A stretch of DNA of 64,000 nt from Sarea resinae (lineage: Eukaryota), in assembly GCA_026026165.1 (NCBI GenBank), contig JAPEUD010000011.1, positions 310,001 through 374,000 of the forward strand, read 5' to 3'. The position numbers and the translations under genes are program-made. The notes beneath the pieces were generated by a model. That model ran no database searches. It worked only from the letters and a program-made list of their open reading frames with translations, and was not told where the DNA came from. Position 1 is the stretch's first letter, and each line of letters starts with the position of its first letter. Of this stretch, positions 1-12,080 are shown in pieces.

Positions 1-2091
1 CTCTATCAAGCGGTCCTGGAAATGGTAAAGCTCTGCCAAGGCGCGCTCACGATCTTTGATAAGCTTGCTCCGGAGTACGTGGATGGGCTGCTTTGTGATA
101 TCACAGAAGGGGCCATCAATGATTGGTGGACCGAAATCGGCACCGAGTTCTATAATGTTGAGCCGAGTGATGGGATTCTCGGGCCAACAACGGTCGCTGC
201 GCTTTTGGGAATGCTCATGGGCGCTCGGAATCGGTTAAACGCGTTTGGTGCCCCTGTTGCAAAGGATGCTTTCGATCTCGAATGTCTGAAACGAGGGATT
301 GCATATTTTCAAAAGGCGCAGAAACTGCCTCGCACCAGGCGATTGGATCGTCAAACGATTGACAAGCTGCACAGAGCCACAGCAAAGGCCGCAAGTGGGG
401 ATGGATGGCAAGTGCCGAAGGCGGTAAAGTCCACCATGGCTGAACTGAGCGGGAAGGGCGGCGAGATGATGATGGAGATGGTGGGAGCTCGAGAGAAGGC
501 GGGAATCGCAGATATCGAGACACTCGACATTGAGACTTTCGTCCAGCTGATCCATGGAGAGAGGGGCAAATGGCTATGGTATGGAAAGCCACGGAAGGGT
601 GTCGCGAATGAGCCGTTTGGTCCAACAGCAGAAGACCGAATGGTGTTTGGTAAGGATGACCAAGGTGGATACATATGGTCTAGCAGGAAGAAGGAGAACA
701 CTTCAGATGAACCTGGCTCTCGCAGGATTGAAGATGACAATGATACGGATATGAGACGACCATCCGATTCGCAAGGCAGTCTCGATAACATTGACCCAGA
801 TCCCTATCGGAGAAAGCCTATGTTTCGAAGTGTGACCGGGCGGATGAGCGATGCTCGCAGCGGTTTTGGTCGTTTCAAGGATGCCATCAGCCGCTCCGGA
901 ACTCGAGGGCATCAACGCGGCTCGAAATCCGACATGCGATCGCAAAGGTCAAACGACAGTCCGTTCTCATCAGCACAAGAGCAACAGAGCGATCTCAGTC
1001 TGTCTCCCACCAAATCCTATCAAAACTACAGTCAGAAGGAAATCAAAAGGTCGGAAGATGGATCATTGAAGCAACAGCCTATCACAACGAGCAATTACAG
1101 ACCGAGTCAAGACCGCGAATTGGAATATCCAGCAAACAGTGCAGTGTCAAAGTTGAAAAATCCCGATCTCTACGATTCTCAAAACAGTCTTGCCCTCACC
1201 GAAGGCAGCTTGAGACCAACTAGCAGCACCGCCAAGCCACCTCCCGTCGACGTCGAAGGCATTCAATCCACAGGAGGGAATCTGCCGGGTTCTAGTAGTC
1301 TCCCATCAGACCGCTCGGCTGCTCCTTCAGTTCACGACCCCGAGCCGGACGTCTCAGCCTCAAAGCCGCCCGCGGAGACGGCTGGTGGTGCTACCAGCCT
1401 CCTCCTCCGCCACACCCAGAGCGCGTCTTCCCTCGTACCGAAAACCGAACTAGCCAACAGAGCCATCGCCAAAGACGAAAACCGCTACCCGCGCCATCTC
1501 TCCTTCAGTATGGTCGAAGACGCGGTCCTCCCATGGACAGACATCTGCGCTCCTACTTCGGTAGATATCTCCGACCCCATTCAAGCCTATAACGCCCAAT
1601 CCTACCTCGCCACCACGGCCAACCGTACCGCCAACCGCATTCACCACCTCGAATCCAACATCGCTCCCTGGGTGGAATCCAAGCTGGCTGCCGTAGAGTC
1701 CCTCGACGCGTACGGTGCTCAGAAGCAGGAGGAACTGCACGCTCTGTATATGCAGCGTCTGGACGAATATCGGGCCCTCCAAGCTGGATCCGAGGATCTA
1801 ATAGCGGCGGAGAAGTCGCATCTCGAGGACGCGATCAAGGAGGTCGAGACGCTGGGTGCGAAGCTAGAGTACGAGCTCAGTAGTCTGGTGAGTAAGGTTG
1901 AGGACGTTGAAGATGGTGTCAGTGAGTTTGAGAAACAGGTCCTGCTCGTTGAAGCGAGGGCTAGGCACTTGGAGGATGAGGGCAAATCCAACTCTGAGGG
2001 ATGGGGTCAGTGGTTCTGTAGGGTCATGCTAGGTTATGTTATCGGTGGTGGCGGTGGTGGTGGTAGTACTGCTGCTGCTGGGGGAAGGTAG
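1..2091 (+). CDS. Sin3-binding Stb2/Stb6-like protein, 5' end outside the window
   Basis: Frame is open from base 1 to TAG 2089-2091. Motif GLLCDITEGAINDWW..EPSDGILGPTTVAALLG plus a C-terminal coiled coil resembles fungal Stb2/Stb6 homologues (recalled family). Confidence 0.75.
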   Translation, partial: LYQAVLEMVKLCQGALTIFDKLAPEYVDGLLCDITEGAINDWWTEIGTEFYNVEPSDGILGPTTVAALLGMLMGARNRLNAFGAPVAKDAFDLECLKRGIAYFQKAQKLPRTRRLDRQTIDKLHRATAKAASGDGWQVPKAVKSTMAELSGKGGEMMMEMVGAREKAGIADIETLDIETFVQLIHGERGKWLWYGKPRKGVANEPFGPTAEDRMVFGKDDQGGYIWSSRKKENTSDEPGSRRIEDDNDTDMRRPSDSQGSLDNIDPDPYRRKPMFRSVTGRMSDARSGFGRFKDAISRSGTRGHQRGSKSDMRSQRSNDSPFSSAQEQQSDLSLSPTKSYQNYSQKEIKRSEDGSLKQQPITTSNYRPSQDRELEYPANSAVSKLKNPDLYDSQNSLALTEGSLRPTSSTAKPPPVDVEGIQSTGGNLPGSSSLPSDRSAAPSVHDPEPDVSASKPPAETAGGATSLLLRHTQSASSLVPKTELANRAIAKDENRYPRHLSFSMVEDAVLPWTDICAPTSVDISDPIQAYNAQSYLATTANRTANRIHHLESNIAPWVESKLAAVESLDAYGAQKQEELHALYMQRLDEYRALQAGSEDLIAAEKSHLEDAIKEVETLGAKLEYELSSLVSKVEDVEDGVSEFEKQVLLVEARARHLEDEGKSNSEGWGQWFCRVMLGYVIGGGGGGGSTAAAGGR

Positions 2092-2555
2092 GATAGGAGT
2101 CATGAAAGGTGTTTGGGTATTTCGTCGTGCTCATGGGGCTGGAGTTGGCATCACCGATTCTGTTTATCTTCCTCTCACACCTTCTTCTCCATGTGATGTC
2201 AAGGCTACATGCATGACGATGATGATGATGATCAATTCCCTCCGCAGTTCACGCGAATGGGACTGGCGCTTGTTGAAGCACGATAGATACGCAAACAAGA
2301 ATTCAAAAAGGGCTGGGCTTTTTCCTTTCGCTTTTCTTTCCCGAAGGTCAAGATTATCAAGCCTTCTACCCAGACAATCGCCGTGACCAAGTGGGCGGAA
2401 TTGAAGCGACTGCATTGACATGGTATATTCGAAGCTTGATATCCACTTCACTAGCTTGCCAACACTAGCTACCTACCTACCTTAGGTAGACTTTACATGA
2501 AATAGCCCCGTATCATATGTTACCCTTACAGTAGATCAATGCGACGAAAGGGTAT

Positions 2556-2587
2556 GGGCTGTGGGCTGTGGGCTGCGGGCTGCGGGC
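2556..2587. repeat. heptamer tandem array GGGCTG(T/C) x4
   Basis: Read directly from the sequence. Confidence 0.85.
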
Positions 2588-3597
2588 CGGGGGAAACCGA
2601 AGGGGAAAAGGGGAAGAGGATATAGACGGAAATCATAACGGCCTCTCTGCTGCAATAAACGCACTCACTCACTCAATCACGGTGGCCCCCTGCGTCCTAC
2701 CTGTGTGGGTTGGTAGGTGTGTAGACATGGATGGTCGGGAGCATGGACGGAGGCGTGTGGGACGGGAGTCTTTGACTCATCACAGCCCGACATCGGTGCA
2801 GCAGCAGCGGCAGCAGCAGCAGCATCGCCGTTGGGCGGCGTCCAGGACATTGTACTACATGGTATGTACAGCATCATGGCCTTCTCTGGAACGGGCAAAA
2901 CAACGTGGGCAGCATCAATCACAACACCAACCTCTCCACGTCAGCTTACCGACCTTACCAAGGTCCCACTCACTCTCCATACTCGGAGAACTCTACTACG
3001 TACGCACTCTACTCTACCCCATGCAGACACCTCAGTCACTGCGGTACTCTGCAGTACCTGAGTGTGCGATCCTGATCGGGAGCATTGGAGCTACGAGACG
3101 TCCGAGCTGGGATCAACGACGTCCTAGACACCTTACGTAGTAGATCAAGTCAGGCCGGAGTGTCGGGCGTGTCAGGCTTGTCAGGCTAGACACGGCGGTC
3201 GCCCGGCATGTGCAAGTGCTCGCCATCTCGGCCGCGATGATGATATTGACGACGGGGCCGTACGCGGTCGTACTCCGTACTATGCCGTGAAGCCACCATG
3301 TGTCTCCAATGTCATGCGGGTAGCGGGCAATCATGAGTACGTAGTGGACGTTAGCATAGGGCGTGCGGGTTCGTGCATCCGTCAGCGGTACCGCATCGGT
3401 ACCCAGACGAGAGCCATCTCGGCGGGCATTGCGCATACGTGGCTCGCGCGAGGGAGAGGTCGATGCAAGTACTCGGAGTAGCGAGGAGGGGAGGGGGCCT
3501 TGGGGTTGATTAGGGCCAGCGGCTACACACGCCCAAGCGTGGTTGGCGAGGGCATCCGCCAACTCGACGGGGCCGTAGTGGAGGTTTACGTAGGAGA

Positions 3598-3645
3598 GCC
3601 ATCAGCCATCGGCCATCAGCCATCAGCCATCAGCCATCAGCCATC
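3598..3645. repeat. heptamer tandem array GCCATC(A/G) x7
   Basis: Read directly; about 380 bp upstream of the arrestin-like ATG. Confidence 0.9.
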
Positions 3646-4026
3646 TTGACCTGATCCTGTACGAGTACGGAGCTTGGAGAGCAATCGCAATCGAGTCAAT
3701 GTCAATCGAGTCATTTGATGCCGTTCCGCTTGCGTGTAGGGCGTGTGTTGCGTCGGGGCCGTGGGCGGGAGACATGTTCACTCTTCGCCGTATAAGATCG
3801 GGCTCTGCTCCTCTCCTTTCTTCCTCGATGAGACAATTGTCCCACACTCCTTGCGTGCAGGTGTATCAATACAAACAACAATCCCAGATGCACATATCAT
3901 ATCATATGCCTCTACCCCGCCCGTTGCTTCTCGCCGTGTCTGATTCCGTGCCGCCTGTGCATTCTTCCCCATTTCTTGCCTCGTTGCTTTCTTCCGCTTC
4001 ATCAGCTGGAGATCTTGTTCTCCATC

Positions 4027-5748
4027 ATGCTGGCCGAATCAATTGCATCGCATACGACCCTGGCGTCGCAGGCCCGGTCCTTGGTGCAGATGCGGAAGCC
4101 CATCATCGAGATTGCCCTGAAGAATGCCGATCGAGGCTCTGTCGGCTCGTATATCGGGTCATATACCACGTTGGACACGATCGAGGGCCAGGTTGCGATC
4201 ACGGCGACTCACGACACCAGGTTTGAAGATGTGCAGATCACTTTCGAAGGTCCGTCCCTTTCTGTATTTTATCATCAAATATGCTGACACCATACAGGAT
4301 CGATGCGAACCTCGGTCGAGAGGATGAGTCCCACGCCGTCGCCCAGCTCTGGTACGGAAGCCTCAAAGACCTTTCTGAACCTCTCCCAGCCCGTCGACGA
4401 GTCCTGCTACCCGCACCCGCGAGTCGCAGAAGCAGGCCGGACCTACAGGTTCCCCTTTACCTTTGTCGTGCCCCCACAACAGCTCCCCAGCTCGTGTCCG
4501 CACCGGTGCGAGAACCCGCAGCTCCACGATGCGCACCTGCATCTGCCGCCCAGCTTGGGCGATCCCAGCCTCTCGGGTAATGGGAAGCAATTGCTCGACG
4601 ATCTCGCGCCGGACATGTCCAAAATCTCGTACGCCATCAAGGTCCGCATCACTCGAAAGCGCGAGTGCGATGGGAAGCGCATCTCGGTGACTGAAGCGAC
4701 GAAGAAAGTCCGGATCGTGCCAGCGTTTGCGGAACAGCCTCCCTTGGCGATCACAGAGGGGGGGGACGAAGGAGATTATGTGCTGCGGCGAGAAAAGGCC
4801 GTGAAAAGGGGCCTCTTCAAGGGCAAGCTGGGCCACTTGGTGATGCAGACATCGCAGCCCAAGAGCTTCCACCTCCCGGCGCCGAACTCGCTCTCGGCGT
4901 GTCCGTCCAACACCATGGCGACCATCAAGTTACGCTTCGACGCTGCCGACCAACACAGTCTGCCACCCCGACTCGGCCAGCTCACCGCGAAGCTCAAAGC
5001 CGTGACGTACTACAGCAGTTCGCACATGAGCCACGGCCCGTCGAAAGCGGCGGTGCTGGCATCGCCCTCGCGAGGCGTCTATATCGAGACCGTGCCGCTG
5101 TCGAGTCGCAGCGTCGAGTCGGCGCGCTGGGAAAAGCATGAGGGGGGGTCCGACTGCCCGAACATGAGTCGGCGCGACTCGGCCACCTCGACGACGTCGT
5201 GTTCGGACATTATTGCGCCGTCTTCCTCCATCGCTAATACCAACAGCAGCGGCGGTGGAAAGCCAACCCCCTTCTACACGACTACCGTCCTCGTCCCGCT
5301 GTCTCTGCCCAAGAGTAAATCCTTTCCGCCTTCCTTCCACAGCTGTCTCGTCTCGCGTGTGTACGTGCTCGATCTCGTGCTGGCGTTCCACCACGTCGGC
5401 AATAGCAAAAACAGCGCCAGCAGCAACATCAGCACCATCAAGAGCGGCACCACGATCAACTCCGCCACCACCAAACCCTCGCTCCTGACGACGGCCACAT
5501 CACCCTCCCTGCACCTCAAAGTGCCCCTACAGATCTCATCCGCCGGAAGTCACGCACACACCCTCGCCACCAAGGAGGCGGCATCCGAGCTGGACCAACT
5601 GCTGGCCCTGGGCGTGCTGCCCGAGGCCGATGAGTTTTTCACGCCCAGGGCCGTGGGTCCGTCATCTCTGCAGTCCCGGCACGAGCAGCAGCAGCACCAC
5701 CACCATCCGCGTCACCCAACCCAATCGCACCACTATCACGATCAACAT

Positions 5749-5783
<35 letters not shown>

Positions 5784-6027
5784 CCACTATCATCAACGCC
5801 AAGGTCAGCAAGCCAGGCGGACGGGAAACGCACACGCGCCTGCCTATGACAGCACCTCGGCCGACCTATCCGCCGTCCCCGAAGCCTCGCCACAGCTACA
5901 TCCACAATCACAATCACAACCACATCCAGAGACTCTGCCAGCACCACATTCAGCCTCGCCGTCAGCGCCACCACCCAGATACGGCAGCTGTTATTACGCG
6001 CCCCGGCCGACGGATTTCAAGACGTGA
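4027..6027 (+). CDS. arrestin-like (arrestin_N/Bul1-type) adaptor, 2 exons
   Basis: ATG 4027; intron 4250-4297 (GTCCGT..CTGAC..CAG) joins YTTLDTIEGQV..ITFEG to SMRTSVER. Motifs TYRFPFTFVVP, HLHLPPSLGD, PSFHSCLVSRVYVL; C-terminal PPPRY/PAY motifs and a poly-Q/H tract. Confidence 0.85.
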
Positions 6028-6491
6028 GAAGACTTGATTCGTCCTCCCAATCGAAAAAGAGGAGAACATCGATCGACGAATCCAAATGTAGCGAATTCCC
6101 CTGCTTTTCTCGTACCCCCTTTCTTTCCCCCTTTCCCTTTATTTTGGCGGGCGAAAAGGCGACAAGGCGGAATCAGTGTTCCGCGCTCTGTCGCTCTGCC
6201 GACCATTTTTATTCTTTTCCCTTTTCTTCGAGGGAGAGGAGAGTCTCTATCTATAAGTCTCGGATACACTCGTTATGCTTGGACACTACGTGCTTCTTGG
6301 CTAGTGTCTTATTACCGTCGACTTATTTTCCTGGTGTCAAGGGAGGAAAAGAAGACGTGTTAGAGAGAGAAGAGAGAGGGGTGGGAGGGGGGTTATACCA
6401 CTGTTTGTCCTGCTGTTTTCTAGTGCTATTGGTATCGCTATTGCTATTTCCGTCACGATCTCACGATTCCTATCACGATTCCTATCACCGA

Positions 6492-6512
6492 TACTACTAC
6501 TACTACTACTGT

Positions 6513-6599
<87 letters not shown>
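6492..6599. repeat. compound microsatellite (TAC)6-TGT-(TAC)11-(GAC)18
   Basis: Counted from the sequence. Confidence 0.95.
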
Positions 6600-6659
6600 T
6601 ATAATTATAACGACAACAACTATCACAACTGTTCTCCATCACAACCCACTAGTACAATC

Positions 6660-7300
6660 CCCTACCTACCTCTCTACCTAGGTACTTGACCTAATATCTC
6701 TAGTCTTCTCCCTCTTTCTTACTCTTTTTTTTTCCTTTCTTGAATCTCGATCCTTTTGGCTTGCGGTTCATATAATCTCTTCATCTCGATCTCTATCTAT
6801 CTATGATCTATCTCTACTCGAACTTATCTCTAGAGCCTATATATACGTCTTTTGCTAGAGTGCTCTAGTAGTAGTAGTAGTATGATATAGATATTAGCTA
6901 ATAGATATTAGGTACTAAGATAGTTAGAGAGTTAGCGAGTTAGACATTTAAGAGGTAGTAGTATATAGATATATAGATATATAAGTATAAGCGTTAGTAA
7001 AAGCGTTAGTAAAAGCGTTAGTACAAGTGTTAGTACAAGTGTTAGTGTTAGTATAGAAGTAGAAGTTAGAAAGAGAAAGAAAGAGGTAAGATAGGAAGAT
7101 AGAAAGATAAGAAGATCGTAGAGGAGTAAGATAGACTTGTAGAGAAGAAGGATGATTAGAGCGGATAGGAGAAATAGAGAGGTCAAGAGGTTTAAGAGGA
7201 TAGAGGTTAGAGGTTGGAGGTTTAAGAGGATAGAGGTTAGAGAGGTTAGAGGTTAGAGAGGATAGGAAAGTACGATAGTATTACAGCGTTTCTTCTCGCA
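6660..7300. repeat. TpA-rich, CpA-poor low-complexity island (RIP-like) with tandem repeats
   Basis: Dense TAG/CTA/TATA. GYGTTAGTAMAA repeated about 5 times at ~6991-7046; GAGGTTA-type repeats at ~7187-7265. Confidence 0.65.
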
Positions 7301-7525
7301 CCCAAGGTACCTAAGGGAGTTGGAAATCTAGAATCACTCAAGTGGTCTAAAGGTGTCTTGTCTCTTGTAGACTAGGTACGTCTCACTCCTTTCTACCTCT
7401 AGCTCTCTCTTTTCCCCCTACCCCTTTCTCCCCCCTATTAAACCCCTTATTAGACCCCTTTTCTTCTTCCCCCGCCCCCCGCCCCTTGTCCTTCCCCCTC
7501 ACCCACCCCTGACTCCCCCACCACA

Positions 7526-8950
7526 TTACCCACCAACCACAACCTCCACCCGCACGCCCTCCCCCCAAACCCCCACAGCAGCATAAACGTCCCGATCACC
7601 CGCCAGCCCTCGCCCAGTCTCGGGGTGATCGAGCTCGGCATCCAGGGCCTCGGAAAGAGCCCAGGAGTGCGCGGGCGCGGAGACGCCGTTGTGCGTGAAG
7701 AAGACTTCTGTTTGTATTTGCGTTTGTGTTTTTCTTGGTGTGGGGATGGCGGATGGGGTAGGGGTAGAAGTAGGAGTATAAGCAGGCGGCTTCTCCCCCA
7801 CCCCGCCTCCATCGCCATCATCAATATCGATATCAATGTCATCATCATGAGGTGAAGACGTCGTCGTCGTCGTCGTCGTCGTCGGCGCGAAAAACCTCAT
7901 CCCCAAGCCGACGGTATCGCCGGCCGCAAATGGCCGCGCGAAGGCCTTGCCGCCCCACGGGTCGCACACGTAGCGGCGGCCGTCGTCGGAGTGGATGGCG
8001 AGGCTGCCGCGGTGCCAGCCCGGTTGGCGGCCTGGTGGGTAGGGTGGCGTGAGGTAGCCGATTGCGATTGTGGAGAGGGGGTCGGGAGAAGTAGAAGTAG
8101 AAGTGGAGGTGGAGGATGGGGTTGGGGGGGATGGTAGAGAGAGGATGCGGATTTCAAAGTAGATTGTTCTTGTCGGTGGTTGGGTTGGTGGGTTTGGGAT
8201 GTGGGGTTGCGCGGCGGGCGTGGTGGATGAGGTGGACGAGGAAGACGAGACGGAGGCGTTGTTGTTGCTGTGGTGCAGGACCGAATAAAGCGGCAACGCA
8301 GACGTGACGCACGAATCCGCACACCCCCTCCCCGTCTCGATCCTCCACACCCCTTTCCGGCCTCCCGTCCCCCGCGTGACGGTCCCCCGAAACCCCCTCG
8401 GCGCGACGAATCCCACGTCCCCGCTCCCGACGCGTGCAAGGTCCTCGGGGGATAGGCGCGCAGGCGGGGCGAGTGGATGCTGCGCGCACCACCTCTCCGC
8501 AATCTCGTACTCGGACGACGAGGCATTCGAGGCGGGAGAGGTATCGTAGCCTAGGACGGGCGGCGGCGGCGGCGGCTGCGGCTGCAACAAGGCGGCCTTC
8601 GTCTTCGGTGGCGGTCGGGAGGCCACGCACCAAGCATCCAAGTCCCGGTCGCCGTCCTGGGCGAGGGGATACAAGGACTGCCGCTGTGCCTGCTGCTGGC
8701 TCGCGCGTCTCTGGTTCTGGGTCCGTGGTTCGTTTTGGTCGTGGTTGAGGTCGAATTGCTGGAAGACGTATGAAGGTGGTGGTGGGGGCCCCGCCGGAGG
8801 CTCGAAGATCTCTTGCGTCGTCGAGCTGTGCGCGCTTTTCGCTGCTTTTTCCGTAGGCAGGTAGGTCGAGGACTGGCCTTCTTCTAGGAGCGAGGGCGAG
8901 GTCAAGCCGTCGGACGCTCTTCTGAAGAGCCGGGGAAGGCGAAACGGCAT
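7526..8950 (-). CDS. SPRY-domain protein (Ssh4-like)
   Basis: Single long ORF; likely start MPFRLPRLF at 8950. SPRY motifs TIYFEIRI, IAIGY..PYP..RQPGWHRGSLAIHSDDGRRY, GDTVGLG, EVFFTHNG, DVYAAVG. Confidence 0.85.
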   Translation of the reverse strand: MPFRLPRLFRRASDGLTSPSLLEEGQSSTYLPTEKAAKSAHSSTTQEIFEPPAGPPPPPSYVFQQFDLNHDQNEPRTQNQRRASQQQAQRQSLYPLAQDGDRDLDAWCVASRPPPKTKAALLQPQPPPPPPVLGYDTSPASNASSSEYEIAERWCAQHPLAPPARLSPEDLARVGSGDVGFVAPRGFRGTVTRGTGGRKGVWRIETGRGCADSCVTSALPLYSVLHHSNNNASVSSSSSTSSTTPAAQPHIPNPPTQPPTRTIYFEIRILSLPSPPTPSSTSTSTSTSPDPLSTIAIGYLTPPYPPGRQPGWHRGSLAIHSDDGRRYVCDPWGGKAFARPFAAGDTVGLGMRFFAPTTTTTTTTSSPHDDDIDIDIDDGDGGGVGEKPPAYTPTSTPTPSAIPTPRKTQTQIQTEVFFTHNGVSAPAHSWALSEALDAELDHPETGRGLAGDRDVYAAVGVWGEGVRVEVVVGG

Positions 8951-9344
8951 TTTGATTGTGAGGCGTGAGTTCAGAGGGTTGAGGTGTGCTGTGTCGTGTG
9001 AGATGAGTGGTTGGATGTATTTGTGGTGAATAAAAAGAAAAAGCCTGGTGGGCCAGAGTAAGATATATAGAGCTGACGGTGTTGTGGCAGTGTACCTGGA
9101 TGGGCTAGACATCGCCGGATTGCGGTGTAATGCGATACGACGATACGACGATACGACCGATACCGTTGCGATAGCAAAGGCGGTGAAAAGTAGCGTCGCT
9201 TTTTGCCGGCCTTATTCGCCATGGCCGCTTTAGGAGAACACCATCGTCACTATTAGCTCTTCAAGACTGTCGACTAGGCACAGCACTGCTGCATTCATAA
9301 AACTGCGATGGATTGGAAATATCGAATTGACGCTGGTGTCAGAA

Positions 9345-10487
9345 TCACTCCAAGACCAGGCTCTCGCCATTCCCCAACTCCGCAAACCGAACGTCTTTGA
9401 TATCCGCCAAGTCGCTAGTATCTGCCACCAAGCCATCATTCTCGCCCTTTTCGTTCTCCAGCGCTTCTTGCAACGTCAATACTCTCCTCCTTAAGAAAAA
9501 GCTGATGATACCCCCGCCCTGCTTGATCTCGTCGTGGGTGCCGACCCAATATTTAGCTTCTAGAAGCCTCTGCGCTTTTAGTCCGTTGTGTGCGCCGAGG
9601 TTGAGTTGCTGCTGGCGGCCAATTGACACATCATGGAGACCGTGGAGGAACGCGACGGTTCGAATCGGGGGATCCGCTGCAGGGATAACCCGAATATCTT
9701 CGGCATTGATGCCGTGGGGGGTGTAGATGATAGCTTCGGCGGTAGGCCTCCTTTTCTTTGGCAGGCCGGTCGCGGCGTCCGAGTCGAAAGTGATAAGAAT
9801 GGCAGAATGATAATAGAGAGCATCGGAGTTGGAGGTGAGTCTGGCAATGCCAATCCAATTTGGTAAGGGTTTTAGCGACGTATCTCTCCAGTCGCCGCCC
9901 GTGAAGCTGGGAGTGTCTTGCACTGTCGAAAAGTGTTTCCACGACCGTATGAGATCCGCCGCTTTCTAGGTATTGTTAGTCGAGATGATGAATCACTTCA
10001 CGTTCAATCAACGTACAGTAGTAGCAAAGACAGGAACATCCTGGTCAATCTCCATCAAAGTATCCTTGTGACAGTGATCGGTAAACTCGTGCGAAATGAC
10101 AACCGCATCGATCAGAGATTGCTTATCCGCAGGAGAATGCTTGCGCCTTTTACGAATCTGTGGCTTCGTGCTAGTCTTCTCAGCTAGCAGTGCAACCTCG
10201 CGCACCAGCTCTTCAATCTCTTTGATACTTTTGACGCTGCTATCGGTAGAGTGCCATTGCTGACTGAACCAGCGCGCTACATCACTCTGAGGGCCAACAA
10301 GCCAGGGGTCGATCAGGACGTTGAAATATCTGCGATGTATCGAAGGTGAACTTCCGGCGGGGTAGGGAATTTGAAGGAGCCAGGTAGTGTCTGCATTGAG
10401 GTGAGTTAGGAGCGGGCGTTTGCTCTCTAGAGCTCGGATGACGGACGCGCTCAGATCGTCTTGCAGCTGCTTTGACGGATCACTCAT
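9345..10487 (-). CDS. conserved fungal hypothetical protein, metallo-beta-lactamase-like fold, 2 exons
   Basis: Intron 9966-10016 (GTACGT..CTAAC..TAG) joins PVFATT to KAADLIRSW. Motifs LTHLNADTTWL, LIDPWL, AVVISHEFTDHCH, THDE. Confidence 0.8.
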
Positions 10488-10883
10488 GGCTATAACGGCC
10501 TCAAGAGAAAGCAAAATCGGGATAGAAATGTGAAATTAGGCAATATTCACTACTCATTAAATTCATGACTGATAGTAATGTGATCTGACATATTCTTCAA
10601 GGTAGGGACGGGAGTGTTGTGAGGTGGTACAGACCCATGGATACACTGACGACATCGATAAATCTACCTAACAAGTGGCGACGAGATGTCAACTTCTACG
10701 CTCTATCATCAAAAACTAATGCTTCGTAAATTGCAAAGCCCCTCTGCGCTGAATCAAAAAGCTCTATCAAATCGCTTAGATTACAGCACTGCTGAAGTAG
10801 ATGATGATCGTGAAATCTAGAGAATCCAATTAAATGCTATTATTATAGGAGTCTAATCTCTCTAGCTTTACCCTTCTAATCCC

Positions 10884-12080
10884 TTAGTCTTTACTCTGTA
10901 TCTGAACCTTTATGGCACCCGTCTTTGGATCGGCCGCCGTCTGGAAAGCCTTGATAGCATCACTCAGATCGAAGCGGTGCGTGACCAACTTCTTCAGATC
11001 AATGACTCCATGCTTCACCAACCTGATCGCTCTCGGCCACGTATTGCAGTATCGGTACTGGAACTGCAGGTCGATCTCGCGCGTACTGAGCCGCATGAAG
11101 GGAATCTTCATCTCGTTCTTGCCAACGCCGATGACGAAGACCTTTCCGCCGAACTTGACGCTCTGGATTGCCCCCGCCACGCTAGACTCGACACCCGTGC
11201 ATTCTAGAGCGATGGCGGGTTCGATGCCTTCGGTCGCAGAGAGGATGGAATTTGCAAAGTCTTCGGATGATGCGCCGATAACGACCTTGTGCGTCAAGAC
11301 GCTGGGGACCAGCTCCTTTGCAAATGCCAGCCGGCCTTCGTCGATATCTGTAATGACGATCGGCTCTGCCCCGGCAGCCCTCGCACACAGAAGCGTGATC
11401 AGGCCAATGGGACCCGCGCCGCAAACCAGAACCGGGTCACCGAGCTTGACACCCGACCGCTCTATCGCAGCTAGCGCAACACTGAGGGGCTCGAGCATGG
11501 CACCATCTTCAAAGCTCATGTCGCCAATCTTGTGGCACCAGATTGCGGGATGATTGACATAGCGTCGCAACAAGCCATTGACGGGGGGCGTCGAGAGGAA
11601 TTGCACACGCTCGCAGCCGTTGTAGCGGCCTGTAAGGCAGGGTTCACACTCGTGGCAGACGACGTTCGGCTCGACTGCTACGCGGTCGCCTGGTTTGAGT
11701 TTGGTGACGGAGGGGTGGACGGCGAGCACGACACCAGCGGATTCGTGGCCGAGGATGTGGTCGTGTTCTACAATCATAGGACCTATGCAGCCGGCATGCC
11801 AGAAGTGGACGTCGGAGCTTTGAAAAGGTCAGGAAGACGGCTCCTTCATATGAAAAGGTCGACAGATTGAGGAATAGATTAGCTCGGATGGAGCTCACCC
11901 GCATATTCCGGTGCTCTTGATGCCGACGGAGACTTCGCCGACCTTGAGACCCTCGCCTTTGGCCACATCATCAGCCGTGGGGCTCGCTTCTGCCACCCAG
12001 AGGTCATGTTTCGGGTTGGTGAAGACGCCGATGTTGGCCTTGGAGGGCTTCACGGTTTCTACTGTTGTTGTTGTGGACAT
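10884..12080 (-). CDS. lad1: L-arabinitol 4-dehydrogenase (Zn-dependent MDR family), 2 exons
   Basis: N-terminus [14 protein letters not shown] is typical of fungal LAD. Intron 11818-11898 restores [16 protein letters not shown]. Also GHESAG, structural Zn C-x2-C-x2-C-x7-C, GAGPIG and [12 protein letters not shown]. Confidence 0.92.

Noticed and set aside
6024..6689. 221-aa ORF with poly-Tyr/poly-Asp, and its antisense poly-Arg/Ser ORF
   Set aside because: Produced by the (TAC)n(GAC)n microsatellite; the rest has no protein-like features.
6932..7186. Very hydrophobic 84-aa ORF resembling a membrane peptide
   Set aside because: Artefact of TpA-rich low-complexity repeats.
7187..7265. GAGGTTA repeats resembling telomeric DNA
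   Set aside because: Not TTAGGG, irregular and internal; part of the low-complexity island.
8951..9112. Upstream in-frame ATG for the SPRY gene
   Set aside because: The ATG at 8950 has a better context (ATCAAAATG) and the extension looks like UTR; not fully excluded.
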